Shown here: positions 41,901 through 54,110 of the stretch, piece after piece
Layout of the letters: every line of letters begins with the position of its first letter
How positions within the stretch are numbered: position 1 is the stretch's first letter
Assembly (NCBI GenBank): GCA_040954595.2
Contig: CM082580.2
Location: 13,504,242-13,568,241, forward strand
Source: Balanoglossus misakiensis
Taxonomy: Eukaryota; Animalia; Hemichordata
Direction: 5' to 3'
DNA: 64,000 nt
The notes under the pieces: generated by a model
The model's input: the letters and a program-made list of their open reading frames with translations, nothing else
Databases searched by the model: none
What the model was told of the DNA's origin: nothing
Position numbers and translations under genes: made by a program

Positions 41901-44900
41901 CGCTGTCGACGTTCAACACACACACCTCTTGTATCAACACTAAAGCATTCACAGCAACGGAAGGCACACACGCCAACAATGCAGTCGATCTTTTCTGTGC
42001 TCTGCCGCATTTCCCGGCTACAACAAGAAAACACGTGAGAGTCTTAGCATAAGCACCAAACTAAAAAAAAATACAAGTTCGGTTTCGTCTTTGTTTTCTA
42101 CCGAAAAAGATACAATGACATCACTTGTAAGAAAATAAATGCACTGTGTAAAATTTAATGTTAACTGAGCTCGGTCAGGAGTTGTGGATGTAATTACTAA
42201 ATATACAGCCGATACAACAGCGTAAAAATGCTAAAGTGTACATGTATATATGTATGCTAGGGCCCAACTTACATACTGTGTTACTGACAAGTATTATAAA
42301 TCAGAGAGGGTCTGCTTGGGGCCAGCAGTAAATCTCAGGTACTCTAAGCAGTAGCTGTGTTTTGCAAACCACCTTATTGCTGGTAGAACTGGCAGAATTT
42401 TTTTTTTTGTTTCTAACAAGGGGCAGTCTGCTTAACTAAACACAGCCACCTTGACATGTTTGTTTTCCTTTCCACTAAAGCATGCTGGTCCTGACAATTA
42501 AAGACTTTACCCTGTGTGTCCTTGCATTGAGAAAAGTGGGTTCACAACCCGACAGCTGAAAACCCTCCTCTATTGAATGACAATTAGCCAAACTCTACCT
42601 TCATACCGGCACACCCCCCTCTCCCTCCCCCCCCCCCACACACACACACAATTACAGCACCAGCAACTGCCACTAAGATTCACCTCTGGTACCAGTCTAT
42701 AACCGTCCCATCTTAATTTCCACAGCACACAAGACCCCCAGGATTATACACACACAAACTTACTGTACACCTATCACCATTTATGTACTTTAGGAAGTTC
42801 TCATCCTTTTCAGGGGCGATTTTCCCAAAAAGCTATTGTCCGACGGATTCAACATCCACACACACGCACAAAACCGAAATCAATTAAGCTGCCATCAAAC
42901 AATGGGTAATTAGCCAGCCTAATGTTACCATTAGATACAATGCACTCTAAACAGAATTTGGCTGTGAGTAAATTCAACGGACCGATTATACTATTACTGA
43001 TCTCTCTGGCTCCTCTTTTTCTGCTCAATGGTGGCAACGATCGGTCGTTTTTAAAACAACAGACCGTAAACGCGGTACACGGGCACCAAACACACATGCA
43101 CAGAGAGAGAGAGAGAGAGAGAGAGAGGAAGCTCACATCTTCTCGCTGAGAAGACTTCCAAGGTGTAAAAATCAAGCCTTTTGAAGACGCTTGGGAGTGA
43201 AAGGAGAGTAGGCACACATGTTTTTTTCTTTGTGGCCGACATGAATGGCCACTGACAAATGGTTTTGTTCAAAGACAAACAATCTGGCGCTATTTAACCT
43301 TAATACAGCATTCAGCACCATTGGGAGAAAGCCACTCAGCTGAAAACTGCACCATTCTTACAAATGGGGCCTAATTTTACCGGCTGAATATTACGAGACT
43401 ATAGGTACTCACAATGGCAATTCCAGCAGAGTCCAACAAATTGACCATCTTTACCGGGATCTAAGGGCCCCGTCTTTACGCATGACTGCTCTCCAGCCAG
43501 ACCAGCAACTACATGCAAGTAGTGCCGCATCCATGGACAACCTCCAAAACCCGGCAAAAAATTCGCCGCATTCTCTCAATGCAGTATTAAAATGAATGTT
43601 CAAGTCTGACATGCCCATATCTACATACCTACAAGTCCAATTAGTGAGTGTTTTTTCTCTCCCAGCAAAAGATTTAACCACACTTTGTGGTGAGGATTTC
43701 ACCCAAACGCCAATTTCTATAGACAACCAACCAAATCCCAAGTAAATCTTGTTAACACGTTTCTTTCTCACTCTTTAACTTAAGACTTTCCGATTACGGA
43801 AATTATCTTTAAGTCTGTTTCATGAAATTCCTAAGAGGATTTTGCATCATGGGATAGATTTAGAAAAATAAGAGACACAACTTTGCAGTATTAAAAAGTT
43901 ATACTAGTCCAGTTTTAATAATTCCCCAATGTGTAACAAAAATGAAACTGCCTGGTTTAACAAACATAAGTATACACAGTAATACTACTATTACTAGTAA
44001 TCAAGTGATCACAAAATTATTTAACACATCAGAGTGATTACTTCTGAAAAGATGTCAATCACAAGACTTGTGAAAAACTAATTTCACTATCTTTTTTTGA
44101 CTTTTTCAAGAGGGTGTAACGTTCCTTGAAGCTTATAATTTACCAGAGGATGCATGTTACAGTGGTTTCATTTTTCTAATGCAGCATCCCCCATACTTTG
44201 AAATTAAGAAACAGCCCTGTCGAGATGACCTGTGACCCCGAAGGTGATAAACCTGAGTCAATGTCAACAAATGTTGATGGTGAAGAGAAAAATAAGTGAC
44301 CAGTCAAGCATTTCGGGAGAACAGAAAAGTAAGATAAACTCCACCACCCACACACACACAAACAAGTAACTTGATCACAGACTAACCAAGAGTTCATCCT
44401 TATTCAACACACACTGAGATGATCTTTCACTTGAAACTTATCATTTACAGGCCATCTTGGACTGGCCATATTTCCTAATTGAAATAAATTAATACTGATG
44501 TTCGACTGAACATTAAGCAAATGACGATGTACTCAAAGGTGGCAACTGACATCCAAATGTTTCACACAATCAAGATGCCTGCCACCTGGGTTATGTACAC
44601 AATGTATACACATCCCAGATGCTCATTTTCATGACTGTAACAGCCAATGAAAAGCTTCAAACACATTTATCGTGCATAATTTGTAAATAATTTCAAGTAA
44701 AGAGATAACAATTTTTCAAGAGAAGGGTAAAATTTTCACAAAAACTTACCAGGTGCTGTTGTATTTATACACTGCCAAAATGTTACCTGATGAGCAAATA
44801 AAGAAATATGTGAATATGGTTAGAATCAAATAATTAATGCAAAAGAACTACAACTTAATCCCAAGCCCTCTGCTAATGATTTTTTTGCTGGACTACGACA

Positions 44901-47900
44901 GATCACAAGATAGGCAGGCTGATTCAGTTCTATCAGACAAATTCACACAACACAAAAATACGCAATTTCAAGGACGCGGTACTTTACACTCAGTGAAAGA
45001 AAATGCAGCCTTTGTGTTGAAAGGCTCAGCAGCAGACATTAGGACAAGATTTCGCAGATAGTGAGTCTCAATTCTCTGGCCCACTCAGCTAACACACAAA
45101 CAGAATCTCTCCACAAAGCTAAAAAAAATTTACTTTCTCAGAAGTAAACAGAATTTGAAAATCAGACACAGCAAGGTTTTGAGTGTGGGAAAGAACGTGA
45201 ATGGCCAAGACACGGCAGTGATCCAGAAAATGATCTTGTCCATCAAAATAAAATTCATATGGAAATGGAGGCAAAACACATGACAAGGGATTCTCTCGAA
45301 ATGAACCAGGGCATGTATCTGACTCCCCATGAAGCCTAGCAATTTCATCTACACAGAGTGTGACCAGGAACAGATCAAGGATGCCAAATTGCATTTCTTT
45401 CAGCCATCTGGGATTGAAAACAAACAAATAAATCCTGATATAATTATTACGTTATTAAACGCGTATATCAAACACGGTCATAAACTCTGCGAATTTGCCG
45501 AGTGATCTACGGGAATGCCAGGCAGTATGTCAGCCCATTGACATCATCCTGGCCTAATCCGTATTCAATCAAAGTGACAAGGAAATGTAACCAATAAAAA
45601 CTGAAATCTGAAATTCCTCACACTACAGCTAAGCCAGCAGCATTCCTTCCACTGCTATTTAAATTCACCCTTTAAAGACATTACTAACGTTCTCCCACAG
45701 TTACTGAAGGGGTTAATTTTCAAACGGTGCAAAATTACTGCTACATGTAAATCACCACCTTCATACGAAAAACACACCGATCGGATTTGCAATTTCACTC
45801 TGAATCGCACTAAATCCTTAATTTATCTTTCTCTTTGCACCCCCCCCCCCCAGTTTTTATCCTCAAAGCTACAAAGAAAACAATATCAAAACAGCGCTGT
45901 GTTTTTCTTCTTGAGAGACCAAAATCTTCTAAGGGCTCTGTTTTCTCGACAAATCTCTCACTGTGCCAATAACCCGCTTAAGCTTTTTTAATATGTCCAA
46001 ATTGCAAAGCTCAATACATTATTCATAGAAATTTCCTTTATTATACAAAGGGGGTCCAACATCTACGAGGGAATTAGCTTAATAGTATCTTTTTTTTCTC
46101 TCTCTCTCTCCCATATGTTGAAGCCTTGCAACATAGGTTCTAGGGAATATTAGAAACTGACACACTGCCATCTTGTCTGTTACCCCTGAAGGCATTGTCA
46201 ATATTAACACTTTTCCCCATTGTTATCCATTATTAGCAGTGCATATTTTTTTTTACCTGCCCTGTTCGTCAGTCACTCACAATAGATCAATGAAAAAGAG
46301 GCTGTTTCCATGGCATCCAGAAGCAATTTCATCAAAAAGTGAGAGAGAAAAAGAAGACGAGAAAGGGGGGGAATGCTCGCAGCAAAAAATATCTCTCAAA
46401 ATGGATGAAGGTGATTGTGGGTTTTTGTAAAGCCATGTATCATACACCATCACAATGTATATAAACTATTCCATCATCTCGGACATAAAATTTAATAATC
46501 TTTGCTTTTTGTCCAACATCCTAGTCATAAAAAATGACTGGATGCCATTAATATAAATCATACTCAAGATAACACTGTTTGCTCAACAAGTGTCCCTTCT
46601 CCAGAATTCAATTTCGAGTTTCACATGAAATAAATGTAAAAGTTTTACTTCTGACATCTTATGATATTTATTACTTAAATCTTAATTGTATGCAAAACAT
46701 GTTTTATTCAAATGATCTGGATTATTCCCGACATTCAAAGATGAAGATTAAACTTGCCACCTGAATAGCATCTTTTCCTTTGCAATTTGAAAAATGTCCT
46801 TTCTTTTCTTGATATTTTTTATCAAACTGATTTATCTTCTTAGGAGAGTCATGAGCTCGCCAAGATGTCTGGCATGAATGGTTTAGGGATCAATCATGCA
46901 TGCTAAACGAACACAGCAGTTTGTAGAATTGAAGTCGGCTATTGTTTGTTGTCACAGCTTACTACTGTATAGCAAACTATTAGCCATGATTACAGAAGTT
47001 ATATAAGTCTCTGACACTTGGGACTGAAACAGAGCTACCCACGATGCACTTCCAGACTGCCTCTAAATGCCTTTTTCATCCCCACATTCACCAGTTATGT
47101 TAATTTCAAAAAATGCATCTTTCAACGTCAATATAAAATATTTCTTTCAAGTTCTGACAAGTTCTGTTGAAAAATACTTGTCTGGGAATTTTTAAAACTA
47201 TTTCAGACTTGTCATGAATGAAATATTGATGCATAATTAATATAATGTCAATAGATTACATCTATTTTCAATTAGTAAACCCTCTCCCCTTTTGCTTGCT
47301 TAGAATGAACCAACTGGTGCGGAAATTATGGAAAAATATTTCTACTTAGCTACATGATCTGGAAAGCGATAAGGCTCCATTGGAGTTGCCTAAAAAATTC
47401 AAAAGGTTCTACTCACCAAAGACATGGGACAATCACTGCGTAGACTGGCTACATGTCTCTGTCGACCCGCCTGCGTCGCTTCCAGTGCCATCTGTGGGAC
47501 AAAAATTTTGAAACGTCATGAAAGGCGAAATAAAAAAAAGGCAGAGAGAAAAGCAACCATTTATTCGCAATCATGTTTAAATGAAATCAATCCTACTGTG
47601 GGTGCTGGTAACTTGATCAAAAAGTGCTGAGATTTTGTTTCAAATTGGAGGTGAAATTCCTGGCAGTGGATATAAGGTTGCCAACAAGAGCTATAATGAA
47701 GACATCAACTAACTTATTCTAATGTCTGGAGTAAGATGTGACTTCAGGGCACTCTACACGCAATTAATGTACTATGTATCAACAAGCATAGCCCCCACAG
47801 GCAATGCTCACTTGTATATGCCGTATGCATGCACTGGTAAGCTCCAACCATAGCCCCAAGCCTTGGTTGCTTTCAACATTCACAGGGTATACAACAACGC

Positions 47901-50900
47901 TATGAAAAGCCCCTCTCCGCTTCTACCAACACAGACAGTAATAACACTGCCTTACTCAAAGGCATTTTCTGAACCAAATCTAACTGTTTTATTAAATTTT
48001 ATTGAAGGGGCTGTGAATGCAGAATCGAACAACCCCCCCCCCCCCCCTTCCTGTACAATGTGTATTCAAAGCTTGATCTATGCCATGCATGTCTGTTCCA
48101 CTGCAAGAATTACAGACACATCTTTTTTCCTTTTAATGTGTGCATTTAAAAGCTTCCTAGATGCCATGAAATCACACAAAATATATATCACATACTAGGC
48201 AGAATAATGGGATTTCAAACTATTTATTTTTTCCACAAATGCTGAATGTAGTGTGTGCTGACAAACATTGAAATATTCACAGGCAAGATTGGACAAGACT
48301 GAGTTTTTCTTTTAACACAGCCAAACAAATAAATTGTCACAGAAAGCGTTTACTGTGCACTGAAGACTGACAACCCTGTTTAGTTCAACATGGAAGTCTT
48401 GACAAGATGGCACATTAACATATAATATCATTTTCAATTTTCCTGCAGACTGCTTGTTAGTGTCAGGGTTGTCCCAGAGGCACAGACCGGTGTCAGAATA
48501 ATATGTCATCACCAATATACACGAGCTGCTCCACGACACCCTACACACACGCACATCCCATCTCAACTCGTGTGAGAAGCGAACAACCACACACAGCTGC
48601 AGATAAAATTAGATGAAGCCTACAATATTGAATTATAAATTATCATGTCCACGACATCATTCCAAATAATAATTACATCATCTACGGGCAATAGCTGTTG
48701 CCACGGCAACAGGAAGTTCTAGGAATAACACAAACCCCTTAGCTGGAGTTGACAAGCCTCTTTGACATTTCGAATTCAAATTCTTTTTTCTTTTCATTTC
48801 AAGTTTGGTTTAAAAACATAAATCAATTCACTGTTTTTTCTGAGTTACAAAATGCTGGACTTATACAAGCGTTTATACACATGTACAAATTGCGGAACAG
48901 AAGTTTAATATATGCAGTACCTGAACAGAGGCAAAACGATGCAAAAAAAGCTAGGGGATTGTCACATATTCGTAAAGTGACTTTTACTAGTCATTTTGAC
49001 AGGAATCTTTTGTGGAGGGACAAATGAGAAATAATCCAATCTAAAGCTAACAATCATAAAATTTTATGGCCGCCACAAATGTCACCAGGACAGTCGAACC
49101 GGAGTGATAGCAAAGCGTCAAAACATGCATATTAACATCACCGTTACTCTCCCATTTCTAAGACCATGAAAAAACATATAAAAGTATACTGGTGTTGATA
49201 AAATAACTGACGACTATTCTGGTACTTAATAAATCGACAGATTGCAGTATTTAACTGTCCACTAAACTGGAAAAGTAGTCTGTCCTATAAAATGCCAACA
49301 GCAGGGACCGGAAAAAGACAAACTACATGCTATTAATGTCTATCAACGTTGATTATTTGACATACTCTCGTGGAATTACTTTGAAATCAAGGGAACATCT
49401 ATGTACAAAAGAGAGATGCCATTAGTTCGACCACCCAGTATTCTTTCCATAGTTAATTATTTTACAACCCCCATTAATTCGAGTGCAAGTGTGTCGTCCT
49501 TGTTACATTTTATCAATCTTGCATTAAAATTGATACAACAGAAGATAAGATCGCTACTAATAAGTTTATTGGATACAACACAACAGTGTTGCTAATTACA
49601 CTATCCTAATCATGTAGAAATTTGCATAGACTTTTGTTAGACTTGCTGCTCCGTTTTCTTTACTTCTCTGTCTCTTTCTGATTTGCTTTTCTTGAATAAA
49701 AATTTTTGTAGAACTTTTTGGGTAGAAATTATGAAAAATAAATAAATCGTGACCAAAAAATGACTGCATTAATGGCCCGAAATCGAGGTTCATTTGCATT
49801 ATATCTAGCGCCCTCAACGGTTATGGATAGTGCAATTAACATGGCGGCCTGCATGCAAACGATGATGTTGATGTCCCTTTCCTGCACGTGTCTTTGTTGC
49901 CATTGTATATTTCTCAAGAGCAAACCTGCAACTCCGACTTTCTAAGGTATTTAGAACTTAATTATTTTATTCTGTGTTATCTTAAACTGTCAAATTCTTT
50001 CATAAATGTCACCTAAAGTAACTTCATGCTGAATAGTATACAGTTCAACTTCATGCCATGCAAACCTATGGCCGTCGAAAAAAATGTTCTCTGACACTTC
50101 AACCGGTCATGTATAATTTCATCTGGTCGAACAGATGGCGTAATACTCTGTAAATAGGAAAGCAGGCGGCAACAAAACTATACTATCCTTGAAATTTTTC
50201 AAGCTAAATTTAGACTTTGTACAATAGCTCTTTTAGTTTCCCTCAAACAAAATTCCATTGATTATTGCTGCTGCTGAAGTACCTGACACAAGTACCAGCA
50301 CATCTAGAATATTCCAGGTTAATCACCTGAACACACTGGAGAGCCAAGTTTTAAATCGGACAGTCATTTCTTGTGTCTGGACTGAAGTTTTACAATTTTT
50401 GTTTTTACTCATACCAAATCAGCCCAATAGTACCATGTTATAAATTGACCAAATTAGCAATGGCAACTCCTGAAAGTACAATTTTACTTTCCAGTTTTTC
50501 ACTACCAGTGCAAAAACAAACATCAAAACCTGGTCACATTTCCACTTTGAAGGCACTTAAAAAAATGCAGGTGTGAATAATCGCTAGCTTGTCTACTTGA
50601 GGGGGAAAAAAGAGAAACCAGATGGATTTAGAGATCATTAGCAGGATTCTGTCAGCTTTAAACAATGCACAATTTAGTGGCTTTTCAAAAGGGGGACCTT
50701 GACAATACGGACGGAGGGTCCCAGATTCCACTAATTATCATCACTCTTTATTCTGTCTCCACTAAACCAGCTTGAGATCAACAGCAGCGCCAAAAACCTC
50801 TCAGAGATCAATGTCATTGCTTCAATGGAGAAGTTCCCCTAATTTCAATTACAAACATTAGCCAAATCATGCCTTACATTATCATCACGGCAACCAATCT

Positions 50901-53900
50901 GTTCATGTTTTCACTTTGCCACGTCAACCCCTTGATGTACTAATACGGCAAAGGCATTTTACTGAAAACCCCTAAACTCTTTTTTTTCTCTTTCTCTCTT
51001 CTCCTTCCCCTTTTTCGGTGTCCGACAGCTGAAATTAAATTTTCGGAATGTTTTCAGTGCTGTGTGTCTTCAATTCCCCAGACCCAGGTCGCAAATTTGC
51101 ATACAGAATTTATACACTGGCCCATCTCATCAAGTGATTCACCCAGCAGGGGGAGTGAATGGTGATATACGAGTAATGTGCACAGCAGGTTATTTTTCTT
51201 ACATATGAGCTGAGTAAATCAAAAATATGAAGCCAAAAGGAAACGGGGAGGAAAAAAACGTGCCATCGAGATGAATAGAACTCAAGACCTTAAAACAAAC
51301 ACTGGTTTTATTATTCACCGACAAATCAATGGCGCAATACGAAACAAGGAATACAACACGCAAAAATGGTTCAGTCTTCTGTAAAATCAATAATGCCAGC
51401 CAATTCCTTTCAGTTCAATTTTTACCCAAACATTTCACTTGAAAACACCAAACACACACAGAAATTCAGCTATCACTTTACATTCGCAGTGCATCTGATA
51501 GTTTAAATATTTTGCTTTTCTGAAATATCTTCGCTAGCAAAGCAGAATATTTTCACTTCTGGACAGATGTGTGTATTGCACACACCTCATGCCCCCAGTT
51601 TTATATTTACTCTGGTCACCAAGAGGTTTTTATCTTATCAGCTATCTGTCTGGGAACACAAGTGTTAATATTTAAATAATGTATGTACTCAATCATCATG
51701 ACTGCTTTGTGTGTGGTGTTAATTCTGTTAATATCTTTTTAATCTGATTAATTGAAGTGCACAGTTGGCTGTATGTGCAATACAAAAAAACTGAGTCACA
51801 CGGGATATATTTTCTAGGCTGGGGTCATCCACTCAGTCCATTGCAAAGGCTCTTTTTCGGCATTTGTTTAAAAAGAGCAAAAATATGACAAGCTGGTCGA
51901 TTCTTTCTCGACAGGAACTGCGCTGTGCAAACAGTCAAACAAAAACACTTTTTAAAAAATACCTGTGTCACTATACCTGCATTTCTTTCATGAAACGTAA
52001 TAGCACATGCATTCAGCAGGCTTTTGTATCGATGGCTGCTTTTACAATCGCAGAAATCATTTCTTAAATAGCACCGAATTACTCATGGATCTTGAGTGAC
52101 AGACAGATCCGTTTTCCAACCTTCGCGCTAATCGACTCAAATTAGGCATGAAAATGCAGCAGTCCACATTGCATTTTGGACAAATACACTAGGGGAATAA
52201 TTTAATCTTAGTCTGACATCAACCGATTACAGAAAAATCCATTATTTCCAAAGCTCTGCTGCTAATACCCTATGCAATCAGGCTGCATCTCTTTGGGCTT
52301 TTGGCCATTGCTGACAACAAAACTCAATTTTCTAAATCTGAATTTTCTTTTTTTCAGACATAAAAATAAAAAGAAAGAAGATAACTCCTAGTACTTTGAA
52401 ATGGAAGAAAACAGCATTCCGGTAATAGTACTGTTTTTGTATGCATACATTCATAGATATTTGCTATACATTGTAGCATAGACTACTGTGAATCCAGTGC
52501 CGCCCAGAGCAGTTTGCCCATTGCAGCGGGCATTATTTTAACCTCTGACTTCATACAACTTAGCTTTTATTCAGACGGTTTTAGAAATAACCTATGCTTT
52601 TTCCCGCTTACAAGATTTCCATGTTGTATTTTTTCCCAATCAGACCAAAATGCGGGAAAAGGGGGCTTTATATCAACGGGAAAAATACGACAGCAACAAG
52701 TACGGTTCAGTGTGCCCATGTGAAGGCAAGCGTGAAATACTTCGACTGGTTTTATGTGCCATTTCGAAACTTATAAAAGTTTTATGGCCCCTTTCAGTTC
52801 AGCGTGTACGAACTCTACTGGGCCCAGACAGCAAAAGCGCTCGGCTTGGCTAGTACCATACTTCGGCTTGATTTATGCACTAGCCGAAAATGTTGACGAA
52901 AAGAGGTCGCGGTGAAAGAAGAAGGCATTCTAGAGACGGCAAAGCCGGGCAAAGTCGGTTTACATAGCGGCACAGAGTAGGCATGTACACACAAAGAATG
53001 TTGACTAAATTTTGACAGCGACCCGAAAATGATAAATTATCTCAGAATGTAAATACTTGGTCGTTCACTTCCCCTGACCCCAATTACGCTGAAACCTCGG
53101 CAACACGAATCCGACGATTCGCCATATTTTTCATCGCCGTGGCAGTTTAAGGGTGACACAAGGGCACAAAACAAGAAGGTCGGACGAGGGAAAAAAATGG
53201 GCGGTTTTGAAACTCGAATTACAAAGTTGACGTGGTGTAAGCCCTACAAGCAAGACACTTCGAATAACGCCGCACTCGACACATCTGATATCATTACACT
53301 GGAGCCATTTGTAGGACTGATAACTTTACAAGCTCGCCTTGGTTTCTTTTTACAAAACCATTTGACGACTTTTGTATTCAAATCGAGTGGCTGTGTCTGT
53401 CTTAAGCGACATTTCGAGGATTACATAGTGAGAGAAACAGACGCAGACAGCTACAACCCATTATACTACTACACGATCGCCGTTAACATTTACACAGCGC
53501 CGAGAATCACTAAAAGGCGTCTGCTACGAAGCCTCTCAAATGTAAAAATAGAAGTCTTACCTGGTCGCAAACATTCTGGCATTCTGGATGACTATTTATA
53601 TTATGGCAACAACGTGGATCTGAAATCGCAAAAGAGAGCCGATTTTGAGTAAAATAAATTGAGCTATTTTAGCGATCCGAAAAAGCGGTAAATTAAAGTG
53701 AAACATGAGACCAAAGGCTAGTGAGTGGTACATGGTATCCCACAGGATTCGTGTCGAGTTTTCGCACATGCCAAAATACGAGTAATTAGTTGCACCAGCA
53801 AGCAATCTGGGGAAATTAAACTATAGAGACGGTCAAAACACAAAAAATGCAAACAGTTTCATTCAAAAGGCAGCTTTTCTAACAGCCGAGATCTTTTTTT

Positions 53901-54110
53901 TCACGAAGTAAACAAACCGGTCCATTAGCAAAACCAACACACACTGTCATGTCAACGTGAATATGGCGGCTGCTATATACTACGGCGCGATCGCGAACGC
54001 GCACTCGCGCGCACTTAAAATAAGAGAATATATAAGAGAAAAGCGTATATTTTACCTTGACTGTGCACACCAGCAACCAACAGTACACTAATGACAAATC
54101 GTATAATCAT
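14941..54110 (-). CDS. RECK: RECK (reversion-inducing cysteine-rich protein with Kazal motifs), 24 coding exons, 956 aa
   Basis: Exons: 54056-54110 (signal peptide MIIRFVISVLLVAGVHS), 53561-53619, 47417-47491, 44750-44786, 33723-33808, 23427-23477, 23123-23156, 22797-22994, 21860-22024, 19907-20016, 19618-19711, 19441-19501, 18968-19180, 18695-18831, 18374-18529, 18001-18189, 17456-17660, 17183-17331, 16722-16849, 16452-16587, 16182-16283, 15811-15926, 15353-15442, 14941-15165. All are GT-AG and in phase. Five CC domains (RCCH, RCCG, RCCG, YCCE, QCCS). RECK signatures PLPQYPLWQCF, RPTEYFRSC, WKSIACTLQIKPCH, Kazal motifs VCATNGRTYP and VCGQNGETYSSKC, PPGACCPVC, ECDLYGYLSIEGD, and a hydrophobic C-terminus. 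Confidence 0.96.
31401..32202. mobile_element. PIF/Harbinger-type MITE (802 bp) in RECK intron 5
   Basis: Perfect 31-bp-plus TIR ggctgcattcacaaacacctctggagggggg, extending imperfectly to about 43 bp. TAA target-site duplication at 31398-31400 and 32203-32205. Subterminal aaatcccccc repeats. Internal direct repeat of about 75 bp (about 31735-31810 and 31966-32043). No ORF. Confidence 0.88.
36200..36342. promoter_or_regulatory. Promoter-like motif cluster within RECK intron 4
   Basis: CCAATCACGTGACCAATC at 36200-36217, octamer ATTTGCAT at 36271-36278, GC box cacgccccc at about 36285-36293, second CACGTG at 36337-36342. Confidence 0.5.
37093..37160. repeat. Short palindromic (hairpin) element
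   Basis: gtcctagttgtattttgtccgcttt-gc-aaagtggacaaattacggctaggac, with 21 of 25 arm positions complementary. Confidence 0.6.
37609..37929. repeat. Diverged tandem duplication of about 160 bp
   Basis: acaatcttcaaagaa...ataccaagcttccaaa...tatttaaat...aaactt...aatcaaatt occurs twice in tandem. Confidence 0.65.

Noticed and set aside
53197-53652. 151-aa plus-strand ORF
   Set aside because: It is antisense to RECK coding exon 2 and has no recognisable motif or supporting gene structure.
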